From an uncultured virus (IMG/VR IMGVR_UViG_3300028241_002116) (Duplodnaviria > Heunggongvirae > Uroviricota > Caudoviricetes): 64,000 nucleotides of DNA. Shown here in pieces: positions 29,353 to 39,268 of this stretch. Where the stretch lies: the IMG/VR virus record IMGVR_UViG_3300028241_002116; one strand, written 5' to 3'. Positions within the stretch are counted from its first letter, which is position 1. Each line of letters starts with the position of its first letter. A program made the translations under genes and the position numbers. The notes below the pieces were generated by a model. That model was not told the origin of the DNA, did not search any database, and worked only from the letters and a program-made list of their open reading frames with translations.

Positions 29353-30141
29353 ATGATCACAAAAGAAGAACTGTTACAGAAAGGAATTGATCCTGAAAAA
29401 GCTGATATGATTATAGCGGCTCTTGAAGGTCAAAAAGATGATTCCTCTCCCCTTGCGCTTCTAAAAGCTGAAATGAGTGGCGGTTCAGAAGAACTGCTTT
29501 TCAAGGCTAAAGGGGAGGGAAAAGGTGACGGAGACGGTGACGAAGATGATGACGAAGCCGACTACGATGAAGAGTATATGAAAAAGTACATGAAGAAGTA
29601 CATGAAAGCTAACAAGAAAGAGGCTTCCAGTGCTGCTAAAGAAGTCGGTCTGTTCGCTGAAAAGATGGAAAAAGCAATCAATGATATTCCGTTCGATGCT
29701 GAAGGGGCTGTTGTAGAAATGGCGGATCTTTCTGATTTTCTTGATTCTCAGGCACTCTTTAACGAGAAAATGGCAAAAGCTGTTGAAGCTATTGTTGATC
29801 GTATAGAGATAATCGCCAACCAGAACGTCGAAAATTATAGCCTCCTCCACAAGGCTGCGGCTGTTACTGCTGAAACTGCGGAAATAATCTCAGGCATGGG
29901 AAACACTCCACAGGGAAGAAAAGGCGTAGTAATTGCAGACATGGAAAAAGCTGTTAAAACTGCTCCAGCTATGGTTGACGCTAAAATCGTTTACGGTGTT
30001 CTTTCTAAGGCGGTTGCTTCAGGGGACATGGTGGCTGGTCAAATAGGTTCTAAATTTGAAAGTGCAGGGAAGAGATTCAATGCTCTTTCTCAGAAAGAAC
30101 AGGAATATGTAAATGAACTTATCAAAAAGGAGGCTAACTAA
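29353..30141 (+). CDS. capsid scaffolding protein
   Basis: Acidic, helical, many xKA motifs; between protease and capsid. Confidence 0.75.
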   Translation: MITKEELLQKGIDPEKADMIIAALEGQKDDSSPLALLKAEMSGGSEELLFKAKGEGKGDGDGDEDDDEADYDEEYMKKYMKKYMKANKKEASSAAKEVGLFAEKMEKAINDIPFDAEGAVVEMADLSDFLDSQALFNEKMAKAVEAIVDRIEIIANQNVENYSLLHKAAAVTAETAEIISGMGNTPQGRKGVVIADMEKAVKTAPAMVDAKIVYGVLSKAVASGDMVAGQIGSKFESAGKRFNALSQKEQEYVNELIKKEAN

Positions 30142-30143
30142 TA

Positions 30144-31649
30144 ATGGACGAACTATATATGTTGGCAAATTCTGAAATCGGAACAGAATCCGGTTCACAG
30201 TTACAGGAGCTTGCTAAAGCTCTTTCTGCACCTGAAAGTAGCAATGATTTGTATAATACTCCAGGTGGTAGTCTCACAATGCAGAGTCTTGAAATGATGC
30301 TTGCCACTCTGACTCTTCAGGCAACAGATTTCACACTCTGGCAGGATATTAACAAAATGAAAGCCTATTCAACTGTTGAGGAGTACAATCAACAGATCGG
30401 GATTGGTATTTCTCATGGTGGATTTTACGATCAGTTTGAAAATCCTTCATTCCAGGATGCAGACTTCCAGAAACAAATTGCAATCGTCAAGTATATGCGT
30501 GAGGGCTGGAAAGTCGGTGATGTTCAGGAAGCTACAAGGACTACAATTGATGTAAGGACACGTCAGCAACAAGCCGCAATGCTCAGGCTTCTCAGAAACC
30601 TTGATCGTGCGCTTTATACTGGTAACTCTGCATGGATTCCTGAGTCAATCGATGGTCTGTCAAAGACAATCGCTGATTCATCTTCTGATCAGATATTCGA
30701 CATGAGGGGAGCTAACCTTTCAATGTCAACTTTTAACCTTATCGGTCAGCTTATAACAGAGGGTAACGGTAACGCTGAAAATGCGAATATATATACCTCT
30801 CCGGCTGGTGTGCAGAATCTTTCTAAGATTCTTAACGATGGGTCAACAACTGACAACTTCAGGAAAATCGTTAAATCCGGTGACGGTTCTGTTTCTATCG
30901 GTGGCAGAATAACAGAGATTATGACCAATTTCGGCCCTATGAAACCGAGGATGGATAAGATTCTTGGTATAGAGTTTGAAGGTAAAGGAGTTCCTAAGTA
31001 TTATAACAATAATACAAAAACATGGGTTGAGGGTGCAACTTCCGATAAAGCTCCATCTGCTCCTACAATTGCTCTTACTGTAAACGCTGCGACTGTTTCC
31101 GGTTCAAGGTTTGCAACTGGTATTGTCAGACCTTCCGGTGTGGCGTACTCTTACAGGGTTGTGGCGAGGAATAAATATGGTCTGTCTGTTGCTTGTGCTT
31201 CTGTAACTGCTGGAAGTAACGTAGCCGCTGGCGGTTCTATAAGTATAGCTATTACACCTAATCCGGCAGACTCTGGGGCTAAAACTCCTACATGTTTTGA
31301 GATTTACTCTGAAAAAGTCGCTGGCTCTGGTGAGTTCAGGTATATGGATACAAAAGCAGCCGATTCTACTAATCCGCTTGCTGCTGTTACTTATGAGGAT
31401 AAAAACCTCTATATTCCTGGAACTGCACGGATGTATGTAGTTGACCAGACTACTCAGGGTGAAAGCAGAGTTCTTTCTTACGCACAGCTTCTCCCTGTTC
31501 ATAATACAGATCTTGCGAAAATCGGGCCTTACTCTCAGGGTCTTATAAGCCTGTACGGAACTATGAAGTATTACAAACCGAACGTGCTTATCGAGATCAG
31601 AAACATAGGCGTTGATCAGGTAAATACTAATCTGTTTAATCTGGTATAA
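30144..31649 (+). CDS. major capsid protein (SPO1/Herelleviridae-like)
   Basis: QSLE..L, AYSTVEEY, IDGL, FDMRG, LAKI..LYG; leader ending LAKA. Confidence 0.9.
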   Translation: MDELYMLANSEIGTESGSQLQELAKALSAPESSNDLYNTPGGSLTMQSLEMMLATLTLQATDFTLWQDINKMKAYSTVEEYNQQIGIGISHGGFYDQFENPSFQDADFQKQIAIVKYMREGWKVGDVQEATRTTIDVRTRQQQAAMLRLLRNLDRALYTGNSAWIPESIDGLSKTIADSSSDQIFDMRGANLSMSTFNLIGQLITEGNGNAENANIYTSPAGVQNLSKILNDGSTTDNFRKIVKSGDGSVSIGGRITEIMTNFGPMKPRMDKILGIEFEGKGVPKYYNNNTKTWVEGATSDKAPSAPTIALTVNAATVSGSRFATGIVRPSGVAYSYRVVARNKYGLSVACASVTAGSNVAAGGSISIAITPNPADSGAKTPTCFEIYSEKVAGSGEFRYMDTKAADSTNPLAAVTYEDKNLYIPGTARMYVVDQTTQGESRVLSYAQLLPVHNTDLAKIGPYSQGLISLYGTMKYYKPNVLIEIRNIGVDQVNTNLFNLV

Positions 31650-31661
31650 GGGTGAATAGAA

Positions 31662-31982
31662 ATGGCATTCAATATTTATAAACCTAAACACGACCGACCG
31701 CTTGCTACTATACAGCAAGCGGATATGGTCAACAATCAGAGAATATTATCTGGAACTGATCCTGAATATCTGACAGATAACGGAGTGTTTTTTCTTGATA
31801 CTCTTGTCATTGAGTCAGGTAAAAACGTTACTATAAAAGATGGTAACGATGAAACAATAGTTACAGGATTGACAACAGGGTTTTCCAGTTCAAAAAATCA
31901 TATCCGCTGTGATAACGGCATAAAATTTACAGGGGATGTGCTGATGGCTAAAGGTTATATAATAGAGAATGTGTTTTTATGA
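31662..31982 (+). CDS. putative virion protein
   Basis: Follows the major capsid gene. Confidence 0.5.
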   Translation: MAFNIYKPKHDRPLATIQQADMVNNQRILSGTDPEYLTDNGVFFLDTLVIESGKNVTIKDGNDETIVTGLTTGFSSSKNHIRCDNGIKFTGDVLMAKGYIIENVFL

Positions 31983-32236
31983 TGTTATCAGTAAATGACA
32001 GATTGCAGTTTCAATATCTTCTCCCTGTTCAGGGAAATTTCAAAACACTTGAAATGGTGGAGAAGATATTAGCAAAATTGCGAATTGAAAAAACAGATGA
32101 AGAAGATAAAGAGTTTGTGTTTTCCAGAGATGAAATTGAATTATTAAAGCAGTCAATTGCGATACTGGATCAGGCGAATAAACTTAATCTTCAGAGTCTA
32201 CCAACTATAAGAAAAATTATGGAGGAAATCCAATGA
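31979..32236 (+). CDS. hypothetical protein
   Basis: Coupled ORF. Confidence 0.5.
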   Translation: MMLSVNDRLQFQYLLPVQGNFKTLEMVEKILAKLRIEKTDEEDKEFVFSRDEIELLKQSIAILDQANKLNLQSLPTIRKIMEEIQ

Positions 32237-32643
32237 GTAATTATAAAGGCGATTTCGATGTCTCTCAGGGACAGCCGAGTCTTTCCGCTTTGCAGTACCT
32301 TCAGGATCAGCTTCCTGCTGATGTGATTTCTACTCTTCCGAGAGTATGCAAAACCACTGTTTCAGGTAGCGCAGGAGTTGAAGCAGACATACCAATGGGT
32401 GCTGAAATAATCGGTGTTACAGTAATATGCAAGAAAACCAACGGTTCAGGTACTATGACTGTTAAAACTGGTGCTGGTACTCCGGTATCAATATCCGATG
32501 CGATAGCCTGTGAAACTGATAAAGCTGTTGATTACGCAGCGTCAATTGATGACGCTTACAGTATTGTCGGTGCAGACGGTGTTAAGATTTTCGGTAACGG
32601 TGCAGCCGATTACGGTGATGTTTACATTACTTACCTGAAATAA
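32233..32643 (+). CDS. putative capsid decoration protein
   Basis: Small beta-rich G/T/A protein ending VYITY. Confidence 0.5.
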   Translation: MSNYKGDFDVSQGQPSLSALQYLQDQLPADVISTLPRVCKTTVSGSAGVEADIPMGAEIIGVTVICKKTNGSGTMTVKTGAGTPVSISDAIACETDKAVDYAASIDDAYSIVGADGVKIFGNGAADYGDVYITYLK

Positions 32644-32652
32644 GGAAAAGTT

Positions 32653-33585
32653 ATGTCTGATTGTACTTTAACCGGATTTGCGTTTAATAATCCAGATGAA
32701 ACAAATGATTACCATGCCCCCAAATGGGGGCTTTTGGTATCTCCTCACGAATTAAGGTATGATGAATTGTTTGGAAACCCTCTGATAGCTGAAGCTGATT
32801 CATTCGCTTTTACGGATGAACAATTGTTAGACTATGTAAGATTAGCAATAGCAGAAGTTGAAAGATTTCTTAACATTGATATATTGCCGAGACTTATAAG
32901 ATACAATGACAGAATTGACGGAAACGGTGATGAAGTTCCGAGATCTGATATTGATGATGTTGCATATTTAACAACATTAAAAACAGAAAAACAGAGAAAC
33001 GATTTATATAGAAGAGAGCCTGGTTATCCATATCGGGTAATCTCCGCAAAACATGAAGCAAGGATTAAACTAAGACGCAGACCTGTAAGAGAAGTTCTAA
33101 CTGCTAATTTTGCAGATCCCTACACAGGAAATACAGTTGTTAATTTAATGCCTTATAGAATAGTCAAAAAAGACTTAACCGGAGTATGCTATTTCAGACC
33201 GAACAGATTAACAGGCGGAAGTTACGGTTGGGATATAATCTGGCAGACGTATTTTATAGCTCCTTATTCAAGGGATATGCAAGACATATTTATGATTGAT
33301 TATACAACCGGATATGAAAAAGCCTCTCATGTTCCAGATGATTTGCGATGGCTTATAAAAAAATTATCCGCAATTAATCTTATGGCGACTTACGGTGACG
33401 GTAAATTTGCAGCCGTAGCAAGCAGAAGCGTAAGCCTTAACTCAGTTTCAGAATCGATCAGCACTACAATGTCAGCGACTTCAGCGGCTTTCGGTGCGAG
33501 AATATTACAATACCAAAAAGAGATTAAAGAGTGGTTAGCAGTCAATAAACAAAAATACAGTAGAACAAGTATAGGAGTTTTATGA
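32653..33585 (+). CDS. head-tail adaptor
   Basis: AIAEVERFL, IDYTTG..VPDDL, SVSLNSVSES..SAAFGARI. Confidence 0.7.
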   Translation: MSDCTLTGFAFNNPDETNDYHAPKWGLLVSPHELRYDELFGNPLIAEADSFAFTDEQLLDYVRLAIAEVERFLNIDILPRLIRYNDRIDGNGDEVPRSDIDDVAYLTTLKTEKQRNDLYRREPGYPYRVISAKHEARIKLRRRPVREVLTANFADPYTGNTVVNLMPYRIVKKDLTGVCYFRPNRLTGGSYGWDIIWQTYFIAPYSRDMQDIFMIDYTTGYEKASHVPDDLRWLIKKLSAINLMATYGDGKFAAVASRSVSLNSVSESISTTMSATSAAFGARILQYQKEIKEWLAVNKQKYSRTSIGVL

Positions 33586-33968
33586 TAACACATAATTTTA
33601 AAAACGGTGAAACAGATATAAGGGTTGAATCTGCTGAATCGTTAGAAGATGCAAAAAAAAACGGTTTTCCAGAAGGAATATATAGCCGTTTTTTTTATAA
33701 CAATAAACCTATAACCAATTATCAGGCAATGATAAGACTCATAGTTGAAGAGACTCAGAGAAGCGGTAAAAGATTTATTCCTCCGACTCATGCAGAACTT
33801 AAAAAGATGCAGAGAGAAGCTCTTCAGCGACAAAATGAAGAAATGAAAAAACAGTATGAGAAATTGAAAGCTGAATATAAGACAATGGGTGCGCCTGAAG
33901 TTGTATTGAAACAGATTGATGAGGCAATAGACAAGATAGATATTGCAGGGGTTAGAGTAGTTGAATGA
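33582..33968 (+). CDS. hypothetical protein
   Basis: Coupled ORF. Confidence 0.55.
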   Translation: MITHNFKNGETDIRVESAESLEDAKKNGFPEGIYSRFFYNNKPITNYQAMIRLIVEETQRSGKRFIPPTHAELKKMQREALQRQNEEMKKQYEKLKAEYKTMGAPEVVLKQIDEAIDKIDIAGVRVVE

Positions 33969-34504
33969 GAATGAAGTCATATATAAAGTTAGGTAATAAC
34001 TTATATATTCCTTTAGAGAAAGCCAAAGATTTAACTAAGTTAATAAAGAAGAGAATAGTTGATAAAAATGGTCATGTAAAAACTGTTTATGTGAAAGCTG
34101 ATGACAACCTTAATATTAAAAGATCTGTTGAGATAGATAAAAGAAAATGGTTTTTGTTGGAGAAGAAAAGCCATCTAACTATGCAATGATGTCAATTATG
34201 AAAAACTTTGGAGAATTTTTTATTTATGAACGAACTGGAAAGTGAAAATATATGTAAAGTTTTTTTCCCTAATGGAATGAGTATTGACGCAATAAATATG
34301 CGTGATGCTGAAGCATGGCATAAAAAAAATAAATTTAGTTTTTATGATAAAACTAAATTATTATCTATAATATTACAAAAATATGATATTAAACAAGAAG
34401 AAATAGTTAAAAGATTAAAAAAATGTTTACCTAATGGTAAAAATAAATTTTTATCATATTCAGATTCAGAATATGAAACTTTAAAAAAAGAGTTTAATAT
34501 ATAA
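33965..34504 (+). pseudogene. probably disrupted member of the KA-motif internal-protein family
   Basis: LEKAKDLTKLIKK..GHVKTVY matches a module in the 21662 protein; two same-frame ORFs separated by TGA codons. Confidence 0.4.
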
Positions 34505-35674
34505 ATGGGTAAAAACACAAACACCGGAGCAGATGCTTCTTTAACCGTTTACGGCAATCCTGAGAGTTTTCGCAGAGTTATAAAAAATCATGGTCAGATT
34601 GCGAAAATCAAACAGGTATTGGTATGCCCCTGTGTCAGCGGTAATAGCGGAAGTGCTGATTATCTCTGCGAGTTATGCAACGGTAAAGGATTCATTTATA
34701 CTTATCAGAGGAGATTTCTTGTAGCTGATGAAGTTGTGAGATCTTGCGGAAAAAATATATTTCCTTTCTGGAATCCGGTAATGGATGTAGTTGGTGTGCA
34801 AAACCTTGTTTCTGATGTCCAGGGAGGTATCACCAATTTAACGATTGAATCTTTTGACGATACAACTATTTTTGTTGCAGAAGATACTCCGAATTTTCAG
34901 CAAAAAAAAGCTACATATTATTTCGATGGATGGACATATATTGCAGAAGATAAATTAACTGTAGACGCTGAAAATGGTATAATGTATGCTCCATCTGCCA
35001 TATATGACGCAAAATATCAATCAAGCAATCCTTTGAAAGCATACGCTGATATTGCAGAAGTTGTAAAAGTCTGGAATTCTGAGACGGGAGAAGAGATTGT
35101 TAATTTTGAATTTTATGGAAATACGATAACAACTAAAGAGCCGATTGAAAGCGGTAAAATGTACGCTGAATATTATCTGAGTGATCTAACACAGGTAATT
35201 CCGGCTGATCTTGCTACGCAGAATAATAACGAAGTATGGACACACGAATTGACTTCCGGTAGCGTGAGAATGGCTTTTTATCCGTTCTGGGATTTAACAA
35301 GGGGAGACATTGTAACCCTTGCCGGATCTGTATTGTATAAGAATGAACAATTTCCGTATTTAGGTCAGGAGTTAAGTGAGTTATGGGAAATGGAAGTTTT
35401 TGACCTGAATAATGTCATAATTGACAGCAACGGTAAAAAATATTATCTGAATACTGATTATATACTTCAGGGAAAACATATTAAATGGATCGGTAATACT
35501 CCTAAAAAAAATGCGATTGTTTCTGTCAGGTACGGATACAAGCCGTCGTTCATAGTTTTTGAAGATAATCCGCAGAATAACAACCTTGAAAATAAGATTT
35601 ATCCGAAAATTGTATTTGCTAAGGCATGGTCAAAGATAGACAGGGAAGAAGTGGCGAGGTTATCGGGTATATGA
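34505..35674 (+). CDS. neck / head-closure protein
   Basis: CPC..CELCNGKG as in Herelleviridae-type neck proteins; position. Confidence 0.6.
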   Translation: MGKNTNTGADASLTVYGNPESFRRVIKNHGQIAKIKQVLVCPCVSGNSGSADYLCELCNGKGFIYTYQRRFLVADEVVRSCGKNIFPFWNPVMDVVGVQNLVSDVQGGITNLTIESFDDTTIFVAEDTPNFQQKKATYYFDGWTYIAEDKLTVDAENGIMYAPSAIYDAKYQSSNPLKAYADIAEVVKVWNSETGEEIVNFEFYGNTITTKEPIESGKMYAEYYLSDLTQVIPADLATQNNNEVWTHELTSGSVRMAFYPFWDLTRGDIVTLAGSVLYKNEQFPYLGQELSELWEMEVFDLNNVIIDSNGKKYYLNTDYILQGKHIKWIGNTPKKNAIVSVRYGYKPSFIVFEDNPQNNNLENKIYPKIVFAKAWSKIDREEVARLSGI

Positions 35675-36450
35675 AAATAATAGCCAAATACAGCGATTAC
35701 GCTCTGCAATCAATAGAGTTCTTTATCTCTCAGATTAAAGACGATATTGAACTCAGGGATATAAAAGGTCTGACTAATAACAAGATACAGAAAATTAATG
35801 TTACGAAAGAACATCCCCTTGTGCAGTTTGTAGCAGCTCAGATAAATCCAAATGTTAATCTTGAAAATTTGAGATCAAATATTATCCCTGCGATTTCTGT
35901 AACTCCTGGAAATATGGGTGAAGAGGGTAGAGGTTTTGCACTTTCTCCACAGACTTTTATAATTGATGATGACTGGATTACTGAATTGAGGGAATTATCT
36001 AATTCAACCATGAGAGACATTCAATCTCAGGGACTTATAACAAAGGATCAAATTACTGCTATTATCTCGCAGTATAACCGTAATCAGGGTATAATGCGAG
36101 TTGTTAAAAAAAGTTGGGGTTGGAATGAAGAGATAAATATTTCCTGTTGGTCTGATTCACCTGATATTGATATATTAACCAGTACACTTGTTGATTCAAT
36201 TCTTGCGGAAATTACAACCGGATTTATGGGTGATGAATCTCCGGTAAAGAATATGAAATATAGAGCAACCAGAGGGCTTACTAATTTCAATTTCGGTCGT
36301 GTTTTGTATGGAACAGAATATAACTTGACATTTTTTAATACTTATCATAATTATACGGTATATCAGGAAGATCATGTCACAGGACACGATCTCAATGGAA
36401 CTTTTAAAACTCCTGGGAGCGATGAAGAATGGCAAATGCCAACAGAATGA
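35671..36450 (+). CDS. putative tail terminator
   Basis: PAISV..EE motif; precedes the sheath gene. Confidence 0.5.
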   Translation: MKIIAKYSDYALQSIEFFISQIKDDIELRDIKGLTNNKIQKINVTKEHPLVQFVAAQINPNVNLENLRSNIIPAISVTPGNMGEEGRGFALSPQTFIIDDDWITELRELSNSTMRDIQSQGLITKDQITAIISQYNRNQGIMRVVKKSWGWNEEINISCWSDSPDIDILTSTLVDSILAEITTGFMGDESPVKNMKYRATRGLTNFNFGRVLYGTEYNLTFFNTYHNYTVYQEDHVTGHDLNGTFKTPGSDEEWQMPTE

Positions 36451-36608
36451 CACTTGATAGTTATCTTTCCAATCATTCAAATAAACGCAGAATTGATAAA
36501 GTAATAAAACAGTGGTTTATCTCCGGTAACGGCCCACAAAATGTTGAAAAAACTAAAAAGGAATGGGATGAAGTTATTACTAAATTTTATTCAAGTAAAG
36601 GAGAATAA
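36447..36608 (+). CDS. small protein preceding sheath (not in ORF track)
   Basis: MTLDSYLSNH...EWDEVITKFY, 53 aa, ATGA overlap. Confidence 0.6.
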   Translation: MTLDSYLSNHSNKRRIDKVIKQWFISGNGPQNVEKTKKEWDEVITKFYSSKGE

Positions 36609-36610
36609 AC

Positions 36611-38398
36611 ATGGCTGCATATTACGATTTTGCCGGACAGCGAATAATAAAGCCTGGAGCATATACAAAAAGATATTTCCCTGCTGAACAGGGACTTGGT
36701 AATCTTGCAGGACGTGTTCTTGTTCTGGGAGAGGCTTCAAAAGGGGGTATCCCCTTTGACGCTTTTGAAGATGTTGAAGATGTAATAAACACCACAAACG
36801 GTCAGGCTCAGGCTCTTAATATTTTTGGCGGTGGAGATATTTACTACGGTGCTGAATTTTTTCTAACACCGACAAAAGATGAAAGATTTAATACTCCATC
36901 ACAAGCTGATTGTATTGTCGTAAACCAAATGACTCAGGCTTCGGGGACACTTCAAGCCTCTGCCGTTGATATTATCGATGTAAAATATAACAAGTTCGGA
37001 ACAGACGGAAATCAGGCGGCTATTAAAATAAGCGCAGGATCTACAACTGGAAAATTACTGCAACTGCTTTATAAAGGTACTGAAGTTCTTAATCAGGATA
37101 ACACTATTCTGAATCTGATGTCTATTCAGTATGTTGGCTCAGGATCAGCAGCTACACTGACGATTACAGATACTAAACTTACAACCTCTGTTACAGGCGC
37201 AAGCGGTGAAGATCTCGATATTACTCTTGCTGATTATGACGATTTAGGAAGTCTGATAAATTACATAAACAGTCTTTCCGCTTATAGCTGTTCGCTTACT
37301 GGTAAAAGCGATGAAAAAACAACTGTCTTTGATGCAGTTACAGCACAGGATATAAAAACTTCTGCATATTCAGCGGTCGGTATAGTCGAAGCACTTATAA
37401 GAGCCATTACCGGATCTGAAACTTTTACAGCTACGCTTACAACAGGTGCGGATCGTACAGTACCGGATAACATGAGTGTTTATACTTTCCTTACAGGTGG
37501 AACAGTCAGCGCAGCTACAACACAGAACTGGACAGACGTTCTTGAAAAACTTGAAAAATATGATGTAAACTGTCTTGTCATAATGTCCGGTTCAGTTACA
37601 ATTCAAAACCTTGTCAATACTCATGTGGCTAAAATGAACGGCATGACTGTCAAGAAATACAGACAGGCAATATTCGGAGCAGGGTCTTCACAAAATACAA
37701 AAGCTCTGAAGATTGCACAGATGAAATCTCAGAATTCAGCATATATTGAATACTGTGTGTCTCCATTTAAGAGATACGATTATGTAAATAAAGAAGTTCC
37801 TACAACTGATTTTGAGCCTTATTATCTTGCACCAATGATCGCAGGACTCAGATACGCTAACAATATCGGTATGGACGTTGTTTTTAAAGCACTGAATGTA
37901 ATTTCAACTCCTGAAATTTCAGAAGAGGACCAGAATGATTACGCTGAAGCTGGAGCAACACTTATTCAAAAAGTCAATAATGTACTTGATGGAACTCAGA
38001 ATTTTCAAATTGTAATTAACAACACAACATATCAGGGAACACAAGTTACACGAACCAATCCAGCGAATGTTTATTTAACAAATGTTTTTACAAAATTCGT
38101 TGAAGAATATCAGATTGAGCAAATTCGTGCGCTTGACTCAGTCGCAAATTCTGTTATTATGGCAACAATTCAAAACAAAATGGTAACGTATCTTTTTCCT
38201 GTGCTTATACGAGATACATATAAATGGATAACGGATTATGTCGATCCAGATACCGGAGCAAAACAGGCGGCTTTTTCAAACATAGTATTCAGGCAAAAAG
38301 GGGAAAGATGGTACACGGAGGGAATATTTACGACTTCTGTAAATCCGAGATTTGCTTTCAACTTCTTTACCTTTATAACACCAGGACAATTTGTATAA
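36611..38398 (+). CDS. tail sheath protein
   Basis: IKPGAY, LGEASKG, LTGG; 595 aa; position. Confidence 0.9.
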   Translation: MAAYYDFAGQRIIKPGAYTKRYFPAEQGLGNLAGRVLVLGEASKGGIPFDAFEDVEDVINTTNGQAQALNIFGGGDIYYGAEFFLTPTKDERFNTPSQADCIVVNQMTQASGTLQASAVDIIDVKYNKFGTDGNQAAIKISAGSTTGKLLQLLYKGTEVLNQDNTILNLMSIQYVGSGSAATLTITDTKLTTSVTGASGEDLDITLADYDDLGSLINYINSLSAYSCSLTGKSDEKTTVFDAVTAQDIKTSAYSAVGIVEALIRAITGSETFTATLTTGADRTVPDNMSVYTFLTGGTVSAATTQNWTDVLEKLEKYDVNCLVIMSGSVTIQNLVNTHVAKMNGMTVKKYRQAIFGAGSSQNTKALKIAQMKSQNSAYIEYCVSPFKRYDYVNKEVPTTDFEPYYLAPMIAGLRYANNIGMDVVFKALNVISTPEISEEDQNDYAEAGATLIQKVNNVLDGTQNFQIVINNTTYQGTQVTRTNPANVYLTNVFTKFVEEYQIEQIRALDSVANSVIMATIQNKMVTYLFPVLIRDTYKWITDYVDPDTGAKQAAFSNIVFRQKGERWYTEGIFTTSVNPRFAFNFFTFITPGQFV

Positions 38399-38412
38399 GG
38401 AGGATATGAGAA

Positions 38413-38871
38413 ATGGCATTTAGATCAGGCGGTGAACCACAAGGGCCAGTCGGAAGCGGTATAGATTGTTTCCTTATGCAAGATAATACAATTCTTGGTT
38501 ACAGCACAGAAATGAACGTCAATGAAGATTATATGCTTGATGGCGTTCAGTCTCTTGGTTATTACGGTTACAGAGATTTGCTTTCACTTGGATATAACTG
38601 TGATTTTGACTTAGGGACGTTCCTTCTCAGGGGATCAGATATTGCAGGATCAGTTTCAATGCCAGGGTGGCAACCGGACGGAAATAATAATATAAACAGC
38701 GCAGGGCTTTACACTTTTACTGCTCTTGATGTTCATACCCTTACAGTTCTGTTTACAATTCTGGGAGCTAAATACGGTGGCGGTAATCTTACGTTAGCAG
38801 TCGGGTCGCTTATGAGACGCCAGACGAGGTGGCGTGCGAGAATGTTGATTCCTGGTCTCGCAACAAGTTAA
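38413..38871 (+). CDS. tail tube protein
   Basis: 152 aa directly after the sheath gene. Confidence 0.75.
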   Translation: MAFRSGGEPQGPVGSGIDCFLMQDNTILGYSTEMNVNEDYMLDGVQSLGYYGYRDLLSLGYNCDFDLGTFLLRGSDIAGSVSMPGWQPDGNNNINSAGLYTFTALDVHTLTVLFTILGAKYGGGNLTLAVGSLMRRQTRWRARMLIPGLATS

Positions 38872-38905
38872 ATAAAACATAATAAATCAAACAGGAGAAT
38901 TAAAT

Positions 38906-39268
38906 TTGAACCTATTAGATCTTGAAGATGAAAAATTTAAAACAATAACAGTTAAGGGACAGGTTTTTAAAATCAGGGCAATGTTTCCGAAAGATAAGCG
39001 GATCATTGCTCAGAAAAGGATGCAATTACAAAACGGTCAGCCTGTAACATCACTGACAGACAGTGATTTTTATTTCTTTGAAAATATTGCGATTAACGAT
39101 ATATGTATTGAGTCAATGCCGAAAGGTTTTGACTCAAATTTATCTTGTGAGAATTGGCAGGATGAGGAGTTGATTCATCTTGTAGCTTCGGAGATAAGAA
39201 AGCATACCTCTTACATAGAAGAGGAGTTAAAAAAAAATAGACCTACTGATGGAATCGAAAAAGGATGA
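38906..39268 (+). CDS. tail assembly chaperone (G-like)
   Basis: Between tube and tape measure; A9 run near its 3' end. Confidence 0.7.
   Translation: MNLLDLEDEKFKTITVKGQVFKIRAMFPKDKRIIAQKRMQLQNGQPVTSLTDSDFYFFENIAINDICIESMPKGFDSNLSCENWQDEELIHLVASEIRKHTSYIEEELKKNRPTDGIEKG

Noticed and set aside
31040..31420. Ig/FN3-like insertion in the capsid protein as a novelty
   Set aside because: As I recall, comparable insertions occur in SPO1-like capsids, so it was not treated as new
31104..31718. 204-aa antisense ORF over the capsid gene, and similar shadow ORFs elsewhere
   Set aside because: Overlap confident genes on the opposite strand or frame, with no RBS or recognisable motifs
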